This document shows positions 26,258 through 38,589 of a DNA stretch of 40,423 bases, piece after piece. Source of the DNA: Octopus sinensis (lineage: Eukaryota); contig NW_021831923.1 in assembly GCF_006345805.1 (NCBI RefSeq), forward strand, positions 1-40,423, written 5' to 3'. The position numbers were made by a program, and so were the translations under genes. Position 1 is the stretch's first letter, and each line of letters begins with the position of its first letter. The notes beneath the pieces were generated by a model. That model searched no databases. It was not told where the DNA came from and saw only the letters and a list, made by a program, of their open reading frames with translations.

Positions 26258-27380
26258 GACGGCGAACAAAATGCTTAGCGTCGTTTCTTCCGGCTTTACG
26301 TCGTGAATTCAATTTCTGGTGAGGTCGACTTTGTCTCTCACCCTTTAGGGCTCGATAAAATAAGTACTTGCTGAACACCGTTGTCAATAAAATGATCCAG
26401 ACCCTTCCCTAAAATGTTAGACCCTGTGCCTACAGTTATTAAAAAGAATTATTACCCCTAAAAGGAAGGCAATGAGCAGGCACAATAATTAGCACTCCGG
26501 ACAACATGCTTAGCGGTATTTATTCTGACGCGAGCTGGCAGAAACGTTAGCACGCCGGGCGAAATGCTTTACAGTATTTCGTCTGCCGCTACGTTCTGGG
26601 TTCAAATTCCGCCGAGGTCGACTTTGCCTTTCATCCTTTCGGGGTCGATGAAATAAGTACCAGTTGCGCACTGGGGTCGATATAATCGCCTTAATCCGTT
26701 TGTCTGTTCGTTTTTGTCTCCTCTGTGTTTAGCCCCTTGTGGGTAGTAAAGAAATAGGTATTTATTCCGACGCTTCAAGTACTGAGTTTAGCTTCCGCCA
26801 ATAGAATATATATCAGGTTACTTAATGGGTCAGTTATTTCTTTATTGCCCACAAGGGGCTGAACATAGAGGGGACAAACAAGGACAGACAAATGGATTAT
26901 GTCGATTACATCGACTCCAGTGCGCAACTGGTACTTAATTTATCGAGCACGAAAGGATGAAAGGCGAACTCGACCTCGGCGGAATTTGAACTCAGAACGT
27001 AACGGCAGACGAAATACCTATTTCTTTACTACCCACAAGGGACTAAACACAGACAAGGACAGACAAGGACAGACATGGACAGACAAACGGATTAAGGCGA
27101 TTATATCGACCCCAGTGCGTAACTGGTAATTAATTTATCGACCCCGAAAGGATAAAAGGCAAAGTCGACCTGGGCGGAATTTGAACTCAGAACGTAGCGG
27201 CAGACGAAATACTACTAAGCCTTTCGGCCGGCTTAGTGGTTCGGCAAAACAGACCGATAGAATAAGTACTGGGCTTACAAAGAATAAGTCCCGGGGTCGA
27301 TTTGCTCGACTAAAGGCGGTGCTCCAGCATGGCCGCAGTCAAATGACTGAAACAAGTAAAAGAGTAAAGAGTAAAAGAGT
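26258..27380. mobile_element. SINE cluster: family O copies at 26258-26435 (+), 26465-26800 (+, nested), 26834-27225 (-, dimer) and a family B 3' half at 27228-27380 (+)
   Basis: The family core is present in each copy, and a 17-bp near-direct repeat lies at 26515-26531 and 26757-26773. Confidence 0.88.
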
Positions 27381-27484
27381 ATAATGGAAGCTCCTACACA
27401 GACGCACTCACACTCACCTCGCCTCTCTATTTCTCTCTCTCCTTCCGTCCCTCTCTTACATATATGTGTGTATGTGTGTGTATC

Positions 27485-27753
27485 TGAAAGTGCGTGGCTA
27501 AGTGGTTATACTGTCGTACTCACGATCGCTGGATCATGGGTTCGATTCGAAGACCGGACGGTGCTTTGTGTTCTTGAGCAAAACAGTTCATTTCACGTTG
27601 CTCTATTTCTCCTTTCGATCAGGTGTGGAGAGAGGGAATGTTTGCCTCCTCGCCTAGCCATCCGGGTGGCATCATTTGAAGGGTAATACGATGCAAAGCG
27701 CGTTGTGACCAGCGATGTGTAACAGCATCCCATAGTCTGGTCGGTCACGTGAT
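27485..27753 (+). mobile_element. tRNA-headed SINE
   Basis: A-box-like gtggctaagtgg, B-box gggttcgattc, and gtgttcttgagcaaaac shared with 15880-15897 (minus). Confidence 0.7.
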
Positions 27754-27849
27754 AAGTGTGTGTGTGGCGGGGGAGGCTAGATATACTTCATACACATCTC
27801 TAAAAGGCAGATCTTCATTTAATGCAATCAATGAAATAGATATTGATTT

Positions 27850-28055
27850 CAAATTCTGGTACAAAGCCATCAAGTTCGCGGGAGGGTTAAGTATATCACA
27901 TTGGCTCCAGTGCTCAGCAGGTACTTATTTAATTGACCCCGATATCATGTGATGCTGAATCGACCCCGGCGTAATTTGACCTCAGAACGTAAAGGTGGAT
28001 GAAATGCCGTTAAGCTATTTGCCCGGCAGGCTAACGATGCTGTTAGCTCGCTGCA
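27850..28055 (-). mobile_element. Diverged SINE family O copy
   Basis: caggtacttatttaattgacccc...tcagaacgtaaag matches the reverse complement of the family core. Confidence 0.75.
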
Positions 28056-28174
28056 TTATTATGAATGAAATAAATATTAAAGTGTATATTACATATCGTA
28101 CAAATTTTTTAACGCTCACCTATTTTTCATAATCAACAGTCAAGTATTTCCATACATGTGTTGTCGAGTAGATA

Positions 28175-28504
28175 TACTAGGTTGCTCAAAATGTCCGTTC
28201 GGTGTTTTAAGCGAAAGAAAGGCGCACGTTTTAAACAGAAATTCATTTAATCAGATGTCATAATTAGCGTTTCGTTCCAGTATCTTGTGCCATCTTGCGG
28301 GCATGTAAATTCCATGCTCTAAGAATTTCCTGTTTTTACTGACGAAAAGCTCCTTGAACACTGAAGAGGGTGTAAATATTCACCTGCAAGTGAATTTTTA
28401 TATCCTCTTCATATGTGAAAACCTGTCCATTCAATGAATTTCAAAAAATAGAATGAAATCTGAAGGTGCAAGTTCGGGTGAATATGGATGATGCAACTTG
28501 CTGC
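28175..28504 (-). mobile_element. Mariner transposon 3' fragment with right TIR
   Basis: HHPYSPELAPSDF (YSPDLAPSD motif), LNGQVFTYEEDIK and ARWHKILERNANYDI*. TA plus ctaggttgctcaaaatgtccgttcggt at 28175 resembles a mariner TIR. The fragment is truncated at (TA)n 28505. Confidence 0.88.
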
Positions 28505-28527
28505 TATATATATATATATATATATAT

Positions 28528-28570
<43 letters not shown>

Positions 28571-28762
28571 TAAATATATAGATATGCATACATATACATA
28601 CATAGACACACTCAGGTACATGCATATCTCTATCTACATTTCTATCTATCTCTCTCTCTCTACTATTTCATTTTATTTTATTCAATTATAATATATTATC
28701 TTATAATATATCATTATAAGATTGTAAATAAAACGTGAAAATCAGATACGGTTGGAATTCCT

Positions 28763-28811
<49 letters not shown>

Positions 28812-29057
28812 CAATGATATGAGAGGTTTTGGTATCGAGAAGACCCAAAATGGCAGGTAAGACTATGTAAGTGCTACAGAAAGGCCGTAGTGTTGCACAG
28901 CATTTTCCTTTGATAATGGAGCTGCAACTGTAACATCCAACATATATTTTTATTTTTTAATCTCTTATTCCCCTCTAAACTTCCTATATCTCTCCTTTGC
29001 CAAAATAACTTCTTATATTGAACTCAATTGTTTCCTTCTATGTATCTCTCTCATATC

Positions 29058-29105
29058 GTCTCTGATGAAGGGATATCACTCATATCCCTGAAACAGATGT
29101 TAGAC
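29058..29105 (+). ncRNA. Minimal type I hammerhead ribozyme motif
   Basis: GTCT + CTGATGA + AGGGATAT-cactc-ATATCCCT + GAAA + CAGATGT + T + AGAC gives a 4-bp stem I, an intact core, a perfect 8-bp stem II and a near-palindromic stem III. The predicted cleavage is after 29101. Confidence 0.8.
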
Positions 29106-29517
29106 TGCGTCTCTCTTTAATGAATGTCCTAGAAACTTTACACTGCCTTGGTGGTTAGGGTGTTGGACTTATGATCAAAAGATCGTGATTTCGATTCCTG
29201 GACCGGGTGACGTGTTGTGTTCTTTTTATTATGATTATTGTTTTTGTTGTTGTTGTTGTTGTTGTTATTATTATCATATTATTATTATTCAATAGTTTTA
29301 ATTTTATAGCGTGCTTTCACTTCACTACCGAGCGCAACTCTGTGTGCCTTGGGTATTATTATTATTGTAGACAGACAGACAGGCAGAGAGACAGAGACAG
29401 AGAGACAGACAGAGTCAGCGCACTACTTTCTTGGCTTCACTTGGGATGTAAGATATTCTTCTTCTTCTTCTTCTTCTTCTTCTTATTATTATTATTATTA
29501 TTATTTTATTATTATTA

Positions 29518-29560
<43 letters not shown>

Positions 29561-30379
29561 GTTATTATTATTATTATTATTATTATCATCATTATATAGT
29601 CAACAGCATTCGTTCAGTTTCAGTCTACCAAATCGCTAGACAAATGCTTTGGTCCACTCACGACACTTGTTCAAGTGAGTGGGCCAGCAACTGCGTGGAT
29701 AGGAAGCAAACTTCTTACCACACTGCCACGCCTGCATTTACATATAATCACAGGTTTTTCAGGAATTTATTATTGATATACACACACACTTACGCATGTA
29801 CACATATGCACTTTCTAGTATTCGCACGAGGTCTGAAATATTTGTGCGTGTTGGGGGGACGCGCACTAATCGAATACATCGTCCCCATTTCGCAGCTTGT
29901 TCTTATTTCATCAACCTCAGCGAAGTCAACATCGGTGACATCTGATCTCAGAACTTAAGGCCGGAAGAAGTGCCATACAGAACCTTATTCTCTGCTGTAA
30001 GTGATTCCGTCAACTCGGCGCTTATGTACATGTGTGTGTAAGTGTGTACGTATATTTATACATATATGCATACGTACATTTATATATATATATCTATGGT
30101 TACATATAAGCAAACACATACATACGTTCACATATCTATATATATATACACAAGTAATGCATTAAGCTGTAACAAATTCACCCAGTGCTCTTATTCTGAC
30201 TTAGTTAACGCAATCTGCCGAAAAACAAAACACATAAAAGTAAGTCTAATTGATATCACTTCTCGATTGAAGCTTTAAATATTTCTCCAAACTCACGTCA
30301 AGCCGTATGACAGAAGATACATAATGATAACAACAGCTTAGAGTAATAATATAATAATAATAATAATAATAATATAATA

Positions 30380-30415
<36 letters not shown>

Positions 30416-31398
30416 CGATTGATGGTGATGGAGGTGATGATGTCTCGAAAGAAAATTTAATTGGTTTCTCTATAGTTCCAGGCTTCATCCACCCACTATT
30501 AATGGGCGAGAATAAATGGATGCCACAAAATATGACACACCACTTCAGATTTTGATTGCTAAAACTTCGTGCGCCATATTAATTCAGTTTTTCAATTGGA
30601 TAACAGCGTTATTGCTAAACGTTTTCAGCCAGCAGATTGGTATAGAAAGTTATGGCGTTGAAACACAGATATAATATATAGTCCATTAATTTATCAAATT
30701 TGATTTTATAAGCTCTTTACAGCTGCTACTTCTTATCGTATGCAATTCGAATTCGAAGCTATCAAATATTGAAAGTCGACGATGAGTTCCTGAAAGCTCG
30801 TTTTCGTCATATTTAATAAACATGTTCCTGTTGTTGTTGCTATTACTGCTGCTGTTGTTGTTGTTGTTGTTATTATTATTATTATCATTATTATTATTAT
30901 TATCATTATTATTATTATTATTATAACTATTATAAGTATGGTAGTCAGGGTCATATTGCAAGCATTAATGAATGAATATTTATGATTGCACAGTAATATG
31001 GACATAGACATATACACATACACACAAACAGACACAAACACTCACACACACACACATATATACATATCTTATATACATACCTACTTATATTTCTGTGTGT
31101 GTCGTGTGTGTACACATATCCATATATATATGCATGTATGTGCATGCGTTAATGTGGGTCAAACATACGTACTGCTATACATACTAATATACATGTATGT
31201 ATATATGTATATATAATATATATATTGATGTATGTATGTATATATATGCATATATACATGGATGTATTTATGTATATATATATATATATATGTGTATATA
31301 TATATGTGTGTGTGCGTGTGTATATATATATATATATGCATATATATGTATACATAAATGAACATGTGTGTGTATAAATATATATATATATATACATC

Positions 31399-31486
<88 letters not shown>

Positions 31487-32755
31487 TATATGCATGTATA
31501 TATGTATGTGTGTACACATTGTTGCTTATCCGCGTCTAAATGCTGTTCATAAAGGTACATATGTTTCAGAAATTGTCCATAACCATACAATATATAAAGA
31601 AAATTAAATAGTTGTGTAAAAGTATATTGAGAGTAAGCTTACATTGTACATGTATGTATATATATGCATGTATGTATGTATATATGTATGTATGTATGTA
31701 TGCATGCATGCATTCATGTATGTATGTATGTATGTATGTATGTATGTATGTATGTATGTATGTATGTATGTATGTATGTATGTATGTATGTATGTATGTA
31801 TGTATGTATGTATGTATGTATTGATTTATATGTTTCCAATTATATCCGATTGGATATTATTGATAGACGTGTCTTGATTGATATTAAAACAAAATTGGTG
31901 TGAAGTGGAAAATAAAGTGCGAACATTTATGTGGTTAATTGGATAAGGAAACTCTAATGTTAAAAGTGGTTGACAGGAAGTGAAATACGTTTAGCGGAAG
32001 CATTAGATATTAAACTGACAGCATCTTTAGACTTATCACTAGTTATCAACTACATGTTCGAAATTACATGATAATTCATTGGTAAAATTAATAGAAATAA
32101 TTCTTCTTTTCTTGATATTTACATAGTATCTATCGGAGTGGATTCTAACAAGAAAACTTTATTAGTAATTTAAGGGTAGTAATGCCCTTATCTCGTTTGA
32201 TATTCATAGATGTGTATTTAACGTAAAATATTCAGCTTATTTAAGTGTATATTTAGCTTGGAAATACAAATATTTCTAGTTCGAATACAGACTGGAGGTT
32301 TGTATCTAAGCTTATGACATCTGGTGACGAACGGACATTAAAATGGTCGAAATATATTGTACATGTAAATATGACATTAAGAAAATATATATACAAAAAT
32401 CTTTGCTCTTCGTAATAGAACAGTTTTCAATATTAATGCAATTCTCATAGTTACACCGATCTCGTTAAGAAAAATTACCAAGTCTGTTGGACACCAAAAA
32501 CTAATGGGTTTAATTTTGCAGAAGCCTTCCACAATCCTTTGCATTTCCCTTGCAAACGCCCTGAGATTTTTCTCTGCCTTTCCCCTGTTTTGTAATCACT
32601 ACGTTCATATCAGGTGACAGCCGCATCTACGATGATGCACTATTTTGACACTGTGTTCAGAATAATTTATAGACGTCTTGTTTGAATCTCGTAATCAGTC
32701 TTTACATAAGATCTTAAAATAATCGCTTTATGTTACATTCTTCTTCTTATTATTA

Positions 32756-33219
32756 TTGAGTGAGAGAGCAGTTCATGCCATCAAAGTGACACTGGGGATA
32801 AAATATACGAAGTCCAATATACCCATCATGACTACCCGTCTGATAAGGGTACACCAGGCACATGCATCACCATAGTGAGCGACATGGTGATCTCATATCA
32901 AGATAAACAGCACATGACCTTGCAGGTGGGGCCCAGTAGTAATTTTCTTCAGGTTGAGTAGCCCATCCCGCTCAAACGGTCCCTGAATAAGGGGAGTTTG
33001 TAAGTGATGTTTGAGGTGTTGACGCATGTTTCCAGAGGTGAATTATTCAACCCCAAAGAATCCCTCTCAACACATCGCTATGATGCTCCCCCCACTACTT
33101 CTGCTCGTGATCAGAGATGCACAAATCGTCAGCCACTAAGGGGCATGCTCAACTGGTTATGGTCAAACAACTGACAAGCAAATCGTGGTATGAGCAGAAT
33201 ATTTGCTGTAGCCCATCTT
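32756..33219 (-). mobile_element. Family D non-coding repeat, both ends on (AAT)n
   Basis: Homologous to 11095-11445. The 5' end abuts (TTA)n at 33220-33300 and the 3' end reads ctcactcaa-taataataagaaga. Confidence 0.8.
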
Positions 33220-33300
33220 TTATTATTATTATCATTATATTTTTATTATTATTATTATTATTAGTATCATTATTATATTTTCATTATCATTATTATTTTT

Positions 33301-34041
33301 TTTTCTTCTTTCAATTTGCTCCATTTCTTGCCAAGTGTCTTCCCGACTCCTAGGGCAAAGAAACATAGTCATAGTATACATTGGTAGGCCATTAAACCAA
33401 ACTCAGTAGTTCGTTCATTTTTTTTTTTTTTTAAGTTAAATTAAAATACATGAGCAGCAACAGTTCTCACATCGACAATGCTCTTCTCAATACGTGTGAT
33501 GTACCAGTTAAGACAATCTTTGCACTTCTTGCAGGGATGGTAAGCCAGGGATCATTCTTCTCATTATTTTTCGGTTCCCTTCTTGATCATTCCTAGTGCT
33601 CCTACGATCACTGGTATTGTAACCGCCTTGAGATGCCACATTTTCTCAATTTCAATGAGTAGGTCTTTATATTTTCTGAGCTTGTCAAACTCTTTCGCTG
33701 AGATATTATGATCACAGGGGATGCTCATGTCAATCAATAAGCAAACTTTATTGTTTTGGTCTTTCACAACAATATTGGTTTATTGGCCTTGATGGTTCGG
33801 TCTGTATGTACTGGAAAGTCCCACAGAATGGTTACATTTTCTCCTTCAGTTACAGCCTCAGGGTGGGATTATTACCACTTGTCGGCAGTTTTGATATTGT
33901 AATGCCGACTTATTAGCCAGTCGAGATATGGCCAACTCTGTCATGTCTTAATTTATACTCCACTGGTGCTAAGACTTTACATCCAGAGATTAGGTGGTCC
34001 ACTGTTTCAATCATGTCGTTGCAGAATCGGCATTTTGGGTC
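33301..34041 (-). mobile_element. R4/Dong-type element A (CCHC plus restriction-like endonuclease, 3' UTR)
   Basis: DPKCRFCNDMIETVDHLISGC, RHDRVG, ILWDFPVHTDRTIKANKP, LIDMSIPCDHN...KE..K..KY.DL and PVIVGALG form an R4-clade RLE domain. Confidence 0.9.
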
Positions 34042-34081
34042 TTTATTATTATTATTATTATTATCATTATTATCATTATAC

Positions 34082-34117
<36 letters not shown>

Positions 34118-34124
34118 CATTATT

Positions 34125-35070
34125 GTCTTTGCACATCTTCTAAGATGTTCAACGGTACAAGCTGTTCACTACCAGTGAACAACTGTAACACCCCTTATTT
34201 TTCGAGCACCATACGGAGTTTTCGAGCTGTTCCAAGCAGTGCTGTTTTCTGCAGGTGTTCCACCCTTTACTGCAGCCGCCTATTTGTTCCATGTACTTCT
34301 CAAAATTTTTACTCACTGTTCCCAAGGCTCCGATAGTTATTAGTACCATTACCACCTTTTTCAGCGACACACAACTGCTTAACCTCCCAAGCTAACCTGA
34401 CGTTTCTTTCTTCCTTATCGCATACCTTGTTGTCAGCTGGGCATGCTATATCTATGATCCAGCATCATTTGCTTTTTTTTCTCAATTAACACTATGTCTG
34501 GTTCCTATTCTCTATCTCATGGTCGCGCGCAATGGCCCAGTGGTTAGGGCAGCGGACTCGCGGTCGGAGGATCGCGGTTTCGATTCCCAGACCGGGCATT
34601 GTGAGTGTTTATTGAGCGAAAAACACCTAAAGCTCCACGAGGCTCCGGCAGGGGGTGGTGGTGAACCCTGCTGTACTCTTTCACCACAACTTTCTCTCAC
34701 TCTTTCTTCCTATTTCTCTTGTACCTGTATTTCAAGGGGCCAGCCTTGTCACATCCTGTGTGTCACGCTGAATCTCCCCGAGAACTACGTTAAGGGTACA
34801 CGTGTCTGTGGAATGCTCAGCCACTTTCACGTTAATATCACGAGCAAGCTGTTCCGTTGATCGTATCAGCTGGGACCCTCATCGTCGCAACCGACGGAGT
34901 GCTCCTATTTTATATCTCATGGTCGCACTAAGTCATAAAATACCAGAGGATCTTTGCATTATCATTTTCGATGATATCTTCGGGTTTATTGTTCGTACCA
35001 CATTTTTGCTCTGTCAAGTCCATACTTGTTGCAAAGTCTCCAAAGGACAATCCTTGCTATATTGTCTATC
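34125..35070 (-). mobile_element. R4/Dong-type element B (RLE region), interrupted by a SINE
   Basis: DNIARIVLWRLCNKYGL, ENDNAKILW, IIDIACPADNKV, TIGALGTVSKNFEKY and HLQKTALLGTARKLRMVLEK*. Confidence 0.85.
34527..34902 (+). mobile_element. Full-length tRNA-headed SINE with a 24-bp target-site duplication
   Basis: A-box tggcccagtgg and B-box-like ggtttcgattcc. The TSD copies at 34503-34526 and 34903-34926 match at 22 of 24 positions. The same tail occurs alone at about 10360-10402. Confidence 0.88.
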
Positions 35071-35084
35071 ATTATTATTATTAT

Positions 35085-35619
35085 GGTTTGGCTGATGTTC
35101 GGTCTTATGCATGGTGAGATTCATGTGGATAGCGGATTACTACCTGTAACCTTAGGTATCCACAAGTTTTCAGCTACCTTTCAAGTGCTTAGAACCCTCC
35201 TGATAATCCTTGCTGTCCCTATGAGACAAACTTTCTGTGGGAACTCTACCGGGCATTCTATTCCAATGTTCTTCAGTCATTTGTCAATATTTTTGCTTAC
35301 TGTTCCCAACACACCAATTGTTATAGGCACGGCCTTTACTGATCTCATGCTCCAAATACAAATTTTAAGGAACTGTATTTCTTTTGCTTTTCCTAGGCTT
35401 TCTTTAGAATCCTGGAATCAAACGGACATGATGGGGCGATCAGTAAACCACTTCACTTTCCCTTGTCTATATTTTTTTTGTTCAGTCTATTACTTTCTAA
35501 CGTATTGTCCATGTGAATAGCAAAGTTTCACAAAATCTTACATTTCTCCGACCCCCAGTACACTTTTGACTATGTGATTGTACCGTGTGTTTCCAGGTGC
35601 AAATCCCCATTTCTGGCAC
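35085..35619 (-). mobile_element. R4/Dong-type element C (RLE region)
   Basis: EKCKIL*NFAIHMDNTLESNR, WSMRSVKAVPITIGVLGTVSKNIDK and QKVCLIGTARIIRRVLST*. Both ends lie on (AAT)n. Confidence 0.82.
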
Positions 35620-36256
35620 TATTATTATTACTTATTTTTATCGATCCTCGGAAGGATAAAAGCAAAGTCTACCCCGGCGCTATGCATTTTTCTCGACGCG
35701 GTAACCACTCTGCCAGCTCGCCGCCTTATAATAATGATAATAGATATGAATGTGTGTATTATGTACACACACACACACACACACACACACATATCTATAT
35801 ATTATATGTTATATATTATATATTATGTATATAACATATATTAAATAATAGACATGAATGTGTGTCTGTGTGTATTACATAACACACACTCACAGATATA
35901 TATATTATATATATAAGTATGTATGTATGTATATATACACATGTGTGTGTTTGTGTTTGTGTATATTTGTGTGTGTGTGTAGATAGTCAGACAGAGACGG
36001 GTTATTCTTTTTATCGAGAAACCATAAGATAATTAAATGTCCAACATGTAGACATACACCGACAGCAATATCAACACCAACAAGGTTACCCCCGCTACCC
36101 ATACCGTCACCAATACTATCACCTGGTCTAGCTTCAATAACAAATATTACGTGACAAGTGAAGTAAATACAAAACTATTCAGACGACATCTCTCTTCCTC
36201 TCTCTGCTTTTGTCACCCAGTGTGTATACCTGTATGTGTGTGTTTATGTGCATGCG

Positions 36257-36293
<37 letters not shown>

Positions 36294-36317
36294 CACACAC
36301 ATGCAGGCATACATACA

Positions 36318-36352
<35 letters not shown>

Positions 36353-36657
36353 TTACATATGTATTTATGTATGTGCGTATAGACATAAATATATACATGG
36401 CACGTTGACATATATGTGTTTAATTATATATAATATATATGCATATGCCCACACGAGTACCACACACCCATATACATACATTCATATGCACATTGAACGT
36501 CCATGCATGCATTTAATATATATGGTTTATACATGTATATAATATACATTATATATATAAGTTTATATATATGTTATATATATATATACATGTATATATA
36601 TATGTATATATACATATATATATACATGTATATATATATGTATATATACATATATAT

Positions 36658-36705
<48 letters not shown>

Positions 36706-36712
36706 TATATAT

Positions 36713-36743
<31 letters not shown>

Positions 36744-36949
36744 CTATTTATACAATATATATACATGCGAACACATATATCTACTACCATACATGAATAC
36801 AAACATACATGCTTACACATACATACGTGCATACATATAAACATATATGCATGCATACACACATACATGCATAATACATACATGCATACATACTTAATAC
36901 ACATACATACATACATAAATACATACATACATACATATATGCGTACATA

Positions 36950-36980
<31 letters not shown>

Positions 36981-37491
36981 TAGGAGCACGCAGGAGTAAA
37001 ACAAAATTGTTTCCATTCATTGTAAACAAGCCAAACAGTCTGACAACGTCCAGTCTCCTTAAAGGTGCCAAGTCTGTCTTAAGTGACAAGATCTTTCTCC
37101 GTGTCTGTGTTTTTGGTATCTCTTTGTTCACAGATTGTAAATCAGATATTCTTGCTACTCAACGGTTCTCTTGGCACGTAAGGTCAAAGTCATGTAAAAA
37201 CAACAGCCAACGAACTCTAATAACTGAACGTTTATGTTAGAGGAAACTGAAAGAGACAGGAAAAACATAATCTCTACTCTTGACTTCTGTATATTAAAAA
37301 AAAAAAAAAACGATATTATTGTTATTTTGTTAGCCCAGTGGAACTCTACTATCTTCCGCTATGTCCTTTGAGATTCACTTTTCCCTTGTTAAATACGCCA
37401 TTAACACTGGCTTCTATTTTTGTACATTCATAGCTTTCACACATATATACATACATACATACATACATACATACATACATACATACATACA

Positions 37492-37523
<32 letters not shown>

Positions 37524-37711
37524 AATGTGAGTTTGGAGGGATATATCATCCGTGCGGACAACGTGGTGGCTTTCAGTTGTGTACCAGTTTACGGCTAATC
37601 GCATCGAGCAGTACTTAACTTTAATGGCTACTATTAGTTGTCAGTCACTCTGTAACTTCCTTTAATGGGTAATTCCGTTTTCAGTTCACCGGACGGTAAT
37701 ATTGTCTGGAG

Positions 37712-38088
37712 TATATATTAGCAATGATTATAACGATATAGCCCATGGATACTTGTTCACCCTCAAAATTTATTTACTCTTATTTTACAATTTGATACAG
37801 CATATCATTATGGTCTTTGTGACCTACACATGTTTCAACTCCACAGATTACAGGCTGTTGCAGATGCAACCTTGCACTGTGTACGGTGCAGCTTCTTCAG
37901 AGTCTATCTATTTGGCTAGTTTCGAAGTGAACTGAGTGGAGTTAATTTTTTGTCAGTTAAGCTTCGGCGGGAAGCATGTGTAGGTCATAAAGTCCATAAA
38001 AGTAATCTGTGTAAAATTGTAAAATAAGAAGAAATAAATTTTGAGGATGAACAAGTCTTTATGTTTTATATCGTTATAATCATTGCTA

Positions 38089-38095
<7 letters not shown>
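37712..38095. mobile_element. MITE-like fold-back element (arms about 125 bp, spacer about 135 bp, TA-flanked)
   Basis: 37712-37836 pairs with 37971-38095. The outer 29 bp (tatatattagcaatgattataacgatata) are perfectly inverted. Confidence 0.8.
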
Positions 38096-38142
<47 letters not shown>

Positions 38143-38443
38143 ACCTGGTGTACAAATCAGTATATATGTGCATCAGAGATATGCAGAAGTGTTAGTCGAG
38201 TACAGAGCGGTAAATAATAAATGATGTAGTACAGTAAACAGCGGGAACAGTCCTAAAATAATAAAGTTCAGAAGATAATCGTTTGTTCCTGAGTTATTTC
38301 ATTTTCTAATACATATATATATATATATATATATATATCAAATGTGAGGATAAAATTCTTTTCGAAAAAAAATATTTTCTCGAAAAAAATTTTAGCAATG
38401 GCCAGCATATTAAAAATTACCTTTAACGGTTAAACTTATAAAC

Positions 38444-38589
38444 AATTCATAAATGAGGGCAAAGGAAAAAATTTCTAATGCCAAATATGCCGAAGAATTG
38501 GACATATTGTCCATTGGTTATGGACAATATGTCCAATTTTCGGCATATTTGGCATTAGAAATTTTTTCCTTTGCCCTCATTTATGAATT
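38444..38589. repeat. Near-perfect 146-bp palindrome
   Basis: Arms 38444-38514 and 38520-38589 are exact complements except for one extra G. The loop is TGGTT. Confidence 0.95.

Noticed and set aside
32317-32360. Hammerhead-like acat-CTGGTGA...GGTC-GAAATATA
   Set aside because: It needs at least three corrections (core A6, stem II, stem I), which is too degenerate to support.
34527-34600. tRNA gene (also 6447, 22467, 27485, 29146)
   Set aside because: A/B boxes are present, but the sequence continues into SINE bodies, has no complete cloverleaf, and in one case is bounded by a TSD.
36040-36110. Q/Y/H-rich peptide HRQQYQHQQGYPRYPY
   Set aside because: It is a decayed (CAN)n trinucleotide tract with an early stop.
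37672-37689. attccgttttcagttcac as a third copy of the duplicated exon
   Set aside because: The match is limited to about 17 nt with an indel, the flanks are unrelated and there is no acceptor.
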